Under the pieces are notes generated by a model. The model worked only from the letters and a program-made list of their open reading frames with translations. It had not been told where the DNA came from and did no database searches. This document shows, piece by piece, positions 55,408 to 64,000 of a DNA stretch of 64,000 nucleotides (positions are counted from its first letter, which is position 1; each line of letters starts with the position of its first letter). The stretch is from Octopus vulgaris (Eukaryota). The stretch spans positions 28,024,001-28,088,000 of the forward strand of contig OX597822.1 of the NCBI GenBank assembly GCA_951406725.2, in the 5' to 3' direction. The position numbers and the translations under genes are program-made.

Positions 55408-55478
<71 letters not shown>

Positions 55479-55589
55479 AAATGGAGGCACCGATAACATG
55501 GCTTTGTTCACTGGAGATTGTACGAAAAGAACGGTCTTAGAACAGGTAAATGGCACAAACATTACCAGAAGACGTCATTTAGAACAATA

Positions 55590-55975
55590 ATAATAATATC
55601 TTGTGGGATTTTACGATCCAATGTGACTTCCTAGTTGATGCACGGAAACCAGACATTTTTGTAGTATATAGAAGGAAGAAAAAGGTAATATTATCATAGA
55701 TATTGCCATACTTGGGGATGTACACGTAGGCGAGAAAGAGCCGGAATAGTTGAAAAAATGCAAAATGCTAAAAGACAAAATTGCAAGAATGTGAGCAATA
55801 AGAATAACCGTTACCCCGGTAGTTGTAGGAGCACTCGGAACACTAACAATCAAATTCGAGAAGTATATCGGACAAATTGGAATTGACTTGAAGCAGAGCA
55901 TTCCCAAAACATGCTCTTTTGGGGGAGCTAGAATTTTGAGATTGGTACTTGGGTGTTGGGTATCTTTCACCAATC

Positions 55976-55977
<2 letters not shown>
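55590..55977 (+). mobile_element. R4/Dong-clade LINE 3' fragment followed by (AAT)n
   Basis: ILWDFTIQCD..ARKPDI...IIDIAILGD...TPVVVGALG; (AAT)n at 55978-56052. Confidence 0.85.
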
Positions 55978-56052
<75 letters not shown>

Positions 56053-56309
56053 CCTTCCCTCCTACGTACTGCCCATACGTGGCACGTGGTTAATTTTCCC
56101 ATCTCTCAGCCTTTTCGCCACCGGATGCGTAGCTTGACCGTCACCATTTTGTCCCCTCTTGCTATTTCTCTTTCTAGATCCATTGAAGATTTCTTTCGGG
56201 TGTTACCCATCATTGTCGTGTTTAGCAGCTTTTAGTGATCATAATCATAAGCTCTCTCTATAAATATCAATGTCATATTACATTTCATTGCGACATATTT
56301 TACTTCAAC

Positions 56310-56475
56310 AGGTATTGATTTATTCAAAGTTATTCCGAAAGACGCGACAGAAGAAAAAGACCCCATAATATTCAGGCTATACTTAGATGAATTCTTCGAA
56401 GAATACCCGACGAACCACAAATACCCGGATGCATCTTGGCAAACAACAACTCCCTGGTCGGGAGGTGACCTATGA
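56310..56475 (+). mobile_element. CR1-type LINE 3' coding fragment
   Basis: LFKVIPK...FRLYLDEF/IPDEPQIPG..ANNNSL; same family as 15877. Confidence 0.65.
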
Positions 56476-56508
56476 TGTCGTAAAACATGTCTTACTGTCT
56501 TTAATAGT

Positions 56509-56820
56509 AGCTTAGTGGTTAGGGGCATTAGGCTCACGATCGTAAGGTCGTGAGTTCAATTTCCGGCCGCGCATTGTGTCCTTGAGCAAGACACTTTATT
56601 TCACGTTGCTCCAGTCCACTCAGCTGGCTAAAATGGGTAATACCTGTATTTCAAAGGGCCATCCTTGTCACACACTGTCACGCTAAATCTCCCCGGGAAT
56701 AACGTTATGGGTACATGTGTTTGTGGAGTGCTCAGCCACTTACACGTTAATTTCACGTGCAAGCTGTTCTGTTGATTGTATCAGCTGGGACCCTCGTCGT
56801 CGCAACCGATGGAGTGCTCC
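56509..56820 (+). mobile_element. SINE family C
   Basis: tagcttagtggttag A box, gagttcaatttc B box, gtccttgagcaagacacttt core. Confidence 0.85.
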
Positions 56821-57949
56821 TGAATTGTCATAGATACAGTATGCCTGAATATGTTGGCCACGACTGGAAAGTTTTTAATTGATAAGATTAGTTCACGCGA
56901 ACTGAACCAGGGCTAAATAATAACAACAATAACCTATGCAATGTTTAAATACCCAAATCCCAGAAATTGTACCATTTATGAATTTGGAACCGTCCCGGTG
57001 TAATACAAGAACACTATTTAGAGAAATTGCTGTTGATACATTTCACTTGCCATTCTAAAAGTATATGTGATTCTATAATCATTTTAGGTAAATAAAGTTG
57101 TTATAAATAAAGCACTTAGCCGTTTCACACACTTGGACACATTTTGCTCCCGACTGAAAACGAATGTCGCCGAGGTGAGATTTTTCTTTTTTTAATCAAT
57201 AATAAACGTCTGAAAATTACCATTCCATTCTTTTTCATAAAGACTCATCTGGGAAACCGTGTTAAAAGTAATCGATTGACAGTTTATCAAATATCTAATA
57301 CCCCTAACAGTGCAGCAGAATATAAATAGTTTGAAGTTGCCAAAGAACTCATAAAGAACAAGATGTTACCGAACACAGTTTCTTTCATGTTGTGTGATTA
57401 CGACTTATATTTGGAAACCTCTTAGAGTTGATATTTATGACAACTTATTACTTCACTTTAGTAATGATGAAGCCTGGATGTTTAAATAAAGCCACCCACA
57501 CAGTGGAAATACTGAATAAGTATCTGAGACGACCTTTAGTAATTTACAGATTATTGAAACGCTGTCATTTAATTTCAGATGTTCGGGAGATTATATTGGT
57601 ACTGACGTCACGAATATGAAACTAAATTTTGCTGACGTGAGGAATATGAAGACATGAAGCTATATTACGAATAAGAGGAGAATATTCTAGAAACTTCAAC
57701 TTGAGAGATAATTTCGGGATGTTTTATTTCTTACTCATTTAATTCACGCAATTAATTCTGGGATTCAGCAATAATTTTGAAGTTTGTAACAAGAATAGTT
57801 GTCATTTTTGGTAACAATATGACTACCCTCTGTATTATAAACAACCCGACAGCTTCCTTCTTAATAACATACGAGCAAAGCGCCCCCGTCCAATGGATGG
57901 TGCTGAATCATAGCTGCTGAATAAAAAGCAATCAGTGTTTTCTTTTCAT

Positions 57950-58399
57950 TAAAAAATAATTAAACATGCCTTTATTTCAATACAATTTTTGGTTTTGTTA
58001 AACGAAGTTAAGGCAAAAAAAGAACTTCTTGAGAAACCAAATAATCTTTCCTTCGTTCATGCCAAGTTTGAAGAAAATATCTCTTTTGCATCTTACTCCT
58101 TTGGTCTCTTAAATATACTGCAATTTGTGGCATTATTTCAAGCCAGCCGGCTTTTCTGCGCAAACTGCACGTCCATTTTACTACAACAGCTGATGTACTT
58201 GCGCGTACAAATGCACGTTCCCACGGCTTTATCTATCGCATTCTCACCTGGAATCGATTTTTGTAATTTTTTTCAAGACTTATACATGTCCTGATACCGT
58301 CGGTATCTACGTATCAAATTTGAGCGCAATCGGATGGGGGATGCCCGAGATCCTAGAAGACACACACACAGACAGACAGAACGGATTTTATATAATAGA
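57950..58399 (-). mobile_element. Helitron-like element 5' part
   Basis: Minus strand A|TCTATTATATAAAATCCG(tctg)n...ccgattgcgctcaaattt; 3' end not located. Confidence 0.55.
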
Positions 58400-59194
58400 T
58401 TATCTTCACAACTTCCCTTTTCCCTTTCAAACTCCTTTTTTCTTTTTCTTTTCCTTTTTGTTTGTTTTATTGTCCAACCCGGAAATCGATCCAAATCTTT
58501 CTAATAATAGAATCACCTGTCTTACACATCGATTCTTTCAAAGTAATTCAACTAAGAAACTTTTACCTCAGCTACCTTTTAATTCATCTCCCCGCAACTG
58601 GTTTATTTACTGCATTGCTTATATAATTTCCAATGAGGTACATATAGGATTAAATTAGTATCCATTTTTGGTGATCACTTCCAGAACACCTCAGTACGTA
58701 ACTAAGAGTATAGCCCAACACATAAGCTTGTTAAACAATTCTACATCCCAAATTCCGCTCAGTAATTTTGCTTCATACAAGATTTCTCTGACACTCAGAA
58801 GCACAAAGAAAAGCATACCATCTTCAGTTGAAGTGCTTACTCTCCTATGTGCCGATGTTATAAATAAATCTGCTTGTTTGAACTCGTGTGAGTGCGTGCG
58901 CGCGCGTAGTGTTAGGTTTGGATGATGTTAAACAAGAATAATTGGTTTTTATTGACAGCTTTCACAATGAAATAATTCATTAAATACGTTACTGCCGTTG
59001 CTTTTAACCGCTAAATATCGCTGCTGCAAGATCCGCGTTTAACCTTCTGGCAATGGGTCACCAAAGATGTGTTTGCGTTAATTAATCAGGGGACAACAAT
59101 AAGAGGGAAAAGGAGAGCTCATATGGCATGTACATATATATGTATATATATATTTATTTATTTATATTATATATATAATATAATATATGATATA

Positions 59195-59250
<56 letters not shown>

Positions 59251-59260
59251 TACATATATA

Positions 59261-60392
59261 CACCTAGAACCATGCTAATAGCTTAAGAGTGAGATTTAGG
59301 ATTCCTCGGTTTTCTGTGAATCATTTTCCCAGCTGGTTTTCACACTATGGTAGCACTAGTGCTGTTTTCATTATTCTGTGTAACGTCCTTTCTATTCTAA
59401 TTTCAGATTCTTCAGTTTGTGGGTGGACCACGTTAATAGCTTTTGAATGAAAATGGCCCATCTAGACATTGTTTTCTTTTTCAGTAATGTTTGGGTGGTC
59501 CTAGCAGAGTGGACGGGAGCGTTGTCATGCATGAATACAAGATTCCTTAGAAGTGACAGTGGTACGTCAACTAGCCAGGGATCCAAGGCTTCCTTCAGGA
59601 GACGTTGGCTGAGGTCGCTTTAAGCCCTTCAGGCACTCTGACTAGGCCAACAGGTCTGTCCCTAATGATACCAGCCTACAACATGACAACTCCACACTGT
59701 TGTTGACGTCCTGAACGTTGAGGACGCTCATCGTCAAAATAAACCCAACCATTTGACTGACCGTCAGGTCCTTCAAGAGTCACTCTGGTTTCGTCAGTGA
59801 ACAGAACACAACTGATGTCAAACTTCATGTACTTTTGGGTCCATTGACGGGGCCTTAAACGAGGCCATGGTCTCGAGGACGCGATTTCCTGAGGTTTCAG
59901 TATATAAGTAAGTCCGGAGGCGGTGAAAATGGCTTTGCTTGTTTGTCCAAGTTTCCCACGTAACTTGCGGCCAATATTTCTTAAATCCTTATCTGTCATA
60001 GCTTTGGCGGTCCCACAATCGAATCGTTTCTTCCTTGTCGAAGGGTCCTTGAGGAAGCGTCTAAACGTGTCCAGTTGACGACCTAACTTCTTCGCAATGA
60101 CATGAAGAGAGGTGCCTTTAGTACTTTCCTTGATGACGATAGAATTTTCTTCATCGTTAAGTTTTTTTCCACAGCCCGCTGTTCTTAGAATGGAGAGATG
60201 CTAGAATGGAGAGATCCTGAAGAATCTGAAATAAAGAAGAAAGGACGTTACACAGAATAATAAAAAAACATAACAATGGTATTGCCATAGTGTGCAAAAC
60301 TACCTGGGAAAAGTTTTATCAAAATCGATTCTCAGATAACCAAGAACTCCTAAATTTCACACTTAAGCTAATAGCGTGGTTCTGGGTCTCTG
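59261..60392 (-). mobile_element. Tc1-family DNA transposon, internally deleted and decayed, ~130-150-bp TIRs, TA TSD
   Basis: TIRs 59261-59393 / 60238-60392; HTH-like IAKKLGR, VLFTDETR, FMHDNAPVH. Confidence 0.9.
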
Positions 60393-60986
60393 TATATATT
60401 TACATATATATATATACACACACAAACCGACGCACGGATAGATTGAGAGAAAGAACATTATGGAACTATACGAGACAAACATGACTAAGAGACATAATAA
60501 CACAAAGGTGAACAAGATACGCGATGCTAGGAGGAACGAGATGTTGGAAACTTACAGAGAAGATAATAGAAAAAGAAATATAGACAGATGGACATGAAGG
60601 TAAAACGTGAAACAATGGAGGGTCAGAGGGTAGAATTTATGGTGAGGCAAGAGATAAAAAGGGAAAAAAACGTTGAATAAACGTTGACACCTGGTGAGAA
60701 GATATATGTAGACATAGATTAACACGCTCAGAGAGAAAATGATGGATGAATGGAATAGGAAACCACACCCGAGGACAGAGACAAAATAGCTAATATAATA
60801 AAAGATAAACTTAAAAACTATGAAAAACAAGTAAAGGTTGCGGGGGTCTGAATATGCAACTTTCACATTCTGTCGAAAGTTTATAAAAATGTTTACACAC
60901 CCTGTCTCTCTCTCCCTCTCTCTCTCCCTCACTCTCCCACTCTCTCTTTCTCCCTCTCTCACACACACACAGACACAAACACACAC

Positions 60987-61351
<365 letters not shown>

Positions 61352-61462
61352 CTCTGAATAATGTATAGTCTATTGACTAATTTTTTTCTTCTCGCTAGAC
61401 CACTGGTAACTAAGAATTTTGTCGATTAATATTCTTGCTACCCTAAGATTTTAATATATATA

Positions 61463-61502
61463 TTGAAAGAAATTGAAAGAAGCCTGTGGTATATATATAT
61501 GT

Positions 61503-61548
<46 letters not shown>

Positions 61549-61778
61549 GTGTGAGTGTTTGAGTGTATGTGTCTTTGGGTTTGTGTGTTTCCCCACCACC
61601 GTTTGACAACCGACGATGGTGTGTTTACGTCCGTGTGAATTAGCGCATCAAGAAAAGCGATTGATAGAAAAAGTAAAAGGTTTTAAAATGTAGTGGGATC
61701 AATAATTCAAGGCTACCCCGCCACCCAAAATAAAAAATGGCTGCAGTCTTATGGCTGAAACAAGTAAAAGATAAAAGA
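61463..61778 (+). mobile_element. SINE family A 3' part, degenerate
   Basis: tgaaagaagcctgt...ttgacaaccga...gctgaaacaagtaaaag. Confidence 0.7.
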
Positions 61779-62216
61779 TTGATATAGACTTCGTTGCAAA
61801 GATAAGTTAACCTTGAAATTACGACTTCTGGGTCCTGGGGCCATGTTAAGATAGCTTGGGATAATGTCTTCTACCGTCACCCTATAGGTCAGATGTGGGA
61901 AAGAACATTTTTGAAAACTCTTTGAATATCAATGTATTCGTATAGGAAGACGTGAAACAGTAATGCACTTTATTCGACCTTTGCGTCAAATAAGAATATA
62001 TTGTAGAATACTGATCTTCGTCAGGAACATTCCTTTATGCTTATACCCGCTTCGAATATTTATTTCACGAAACTGGGAAAGGAGAGAAATAAGGAATTAG
62101 AAGCTGAGGTTGATATACTCAACCCAAACCGATTGAAGTCGATGCTTTAACAGACTTGGACCAATCTTCTACTTAGTATTTTTAATCAGTAAACTAAGAG
62201 CGGTAAAATAATAAAA

Positions 62217-62448
62217 GGCGGCGAGCTGGCAGAAACGTTAGCACGCCGGGCGAAATGCTTTGCGGTATTTCGTCTGCCGTTACGTTCTGAGTTCAAATTC
62301 CGCCGAGGTCGACTTTGCCTTTCATCCTTTCGGGGTCGATAAATTAAAGTACCAGTTACGCACTGGGGTCGATGTAATCGACTTCATACCTATGTCTGTC
62401 CTTGTTTGTCCCCTCTATGTTTAGCCCCTTGTGGGTAATAAAGAAATA
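62217..62448 (+). mobile_element. SINE family B, full length, with 15-bp TSD
   Basis: TSD GGTAAAATAATAAAA at 62202-62216 and 62449-62463. Confidence 0.93.
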
Positions 62449-62874
62449 GGTAAAATAATAAAAGAATATTCGTATTCTGCATCCAAAATGTGCTATTATA
62501 TTTTTCGTTTTCTTGCGCCATTTTTGATAAAAAATTTCCTACATTTTCTGTCATTTATCACAGGTTATTTGACAGTTTAAACGTATCATCATTATAAATG
62601 CATTAAGTATAAGAAAAGGCAAATTTGTGACGTTTTGTCTTACACAGAAAGTATTTTACGTATATCGGGTTCTCTTAGTAACGGAAATCAGATCCTGTTC
62701 AAAATTTGAGTCAAATCCCAAAAAGGATATGTACACACACACACACATGGACCTATTGTATATATATATGTTTTGTTTTGTTTTGTTTTGTTTTTCCAGT
62801 TTCAGCTCTTGAGCTGTGGCCATGCTGGGGCACCGCCATTGTGGTGAAACAGTACAGCAGGGATCACCACCCCC

Positions 62875-63031
62875 TGCCGGAGCCTCGTAGAGCTTTTTTA
62901 GGTGTTTTCGCTCAATAAACACACGCAACGCCCGGTCTGAGAATCGAAACCGCGATCCTGCGACCGCGAGTCCGCTGCCCTAACCACTAGGCCATTGCGC
63001 CTCTAGGCCATTGCGCCACTAGGCCATTGCG

Positions 63032-63032
<1 letters not shown>
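62875..63032 (-). mobile_element. SINE family D head with triplicated 5' end
   Basis: ctaggccattgcgcc x3; minus-strand B box ggtttcgattctc. Confidence 0.75.
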
Positions 63033-63072
<40 letters not shown>

Positions 63073-63473
63073 TTGGCAGTTAAGTGAATATTAAATTCAT
63101 TGGAAATATGAGTTATCAAATACAGAGGAATGAAGGACGAAGAAGAAGAAGAACAACAAGAACAACAACAACAACAACAAGTGATGATGTTTATGATATG
63201 TAGAATGAAGAAATGAGTCACTGAGTGAAGGAAAGTTAACATATTCTAAAACTGTAATTGAAAATATTTGATGTGCATGTGCAGCTGTATGTATACATAC
63301 ATATGTATATGTATATATATAATTATTGAAGTAGATAAATGAATTATCTTATTACGGATAATTCAAATGATAACCGATACCTGGGTAGCAAAAATCACAA
63401 CAGAAAAAGCACGGTTGAAGTTACGACCATGAGGCATAAAAACCGTGCCTTAGTGCGGAAATTTGAAGTTTTA

Positions 63474-63862
<389 letters not shown>

Positions 63863-64000
63863 CGTGTGTGTTGAATGTTCGGGCTAAATTTGACGAGTTT
63901 AGTGTAATTATCTTGATGCATTGCTAAACAGTAAACGACGGTGTTAAGGGGCTTAAATGTTAAAGCTGCAGTTGGGAAAAAGTTACCTGACATGGATAAT

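Noticed and set aside
58450-58860. Further decayed R4 (minus) and mariner (27650-27900, 52480-52920) traces
   Set aside because: Only isolated weak motifs; not supportable by eye.

Overview
AT-rich, microsatellite-dense animal DNA. The SINE set and simple-repeat load suggest a cephalopod (Octopus-like) intron or intergenic region, which is an inference. No host protein-coding gene can be supported. The window is a mosaic of transposable elements: two L1/Tx1-type ORF1 (zinc-knuckle) elements, many R4/Dong-type RLE LINE fragments beside (AAT)n or (ACAT)n, CR1 and RTE relics, Tc1/mariner elements, Helitron-like ends and at least four tRNA-derived SINE families. Two things stand out. (i) Several Penelope-like (PLE) terminal modules, mostly beside (TA)n tracts, carry type I hammerhead-ribozyme motifs with palindromic stem III, including a U3:A8 compensatory variant and long-stem-II variants; some PLE-like modules form near-perfect fold-back palindromes. 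(ii) A 1.97-kb ORF1-only (HAL1-like) retroelement with a 15-bp TSD is inserted in a SINE tRNA head, and its 3' end resembles that of a second SINE family. All coordinates and alignments were read by eye.
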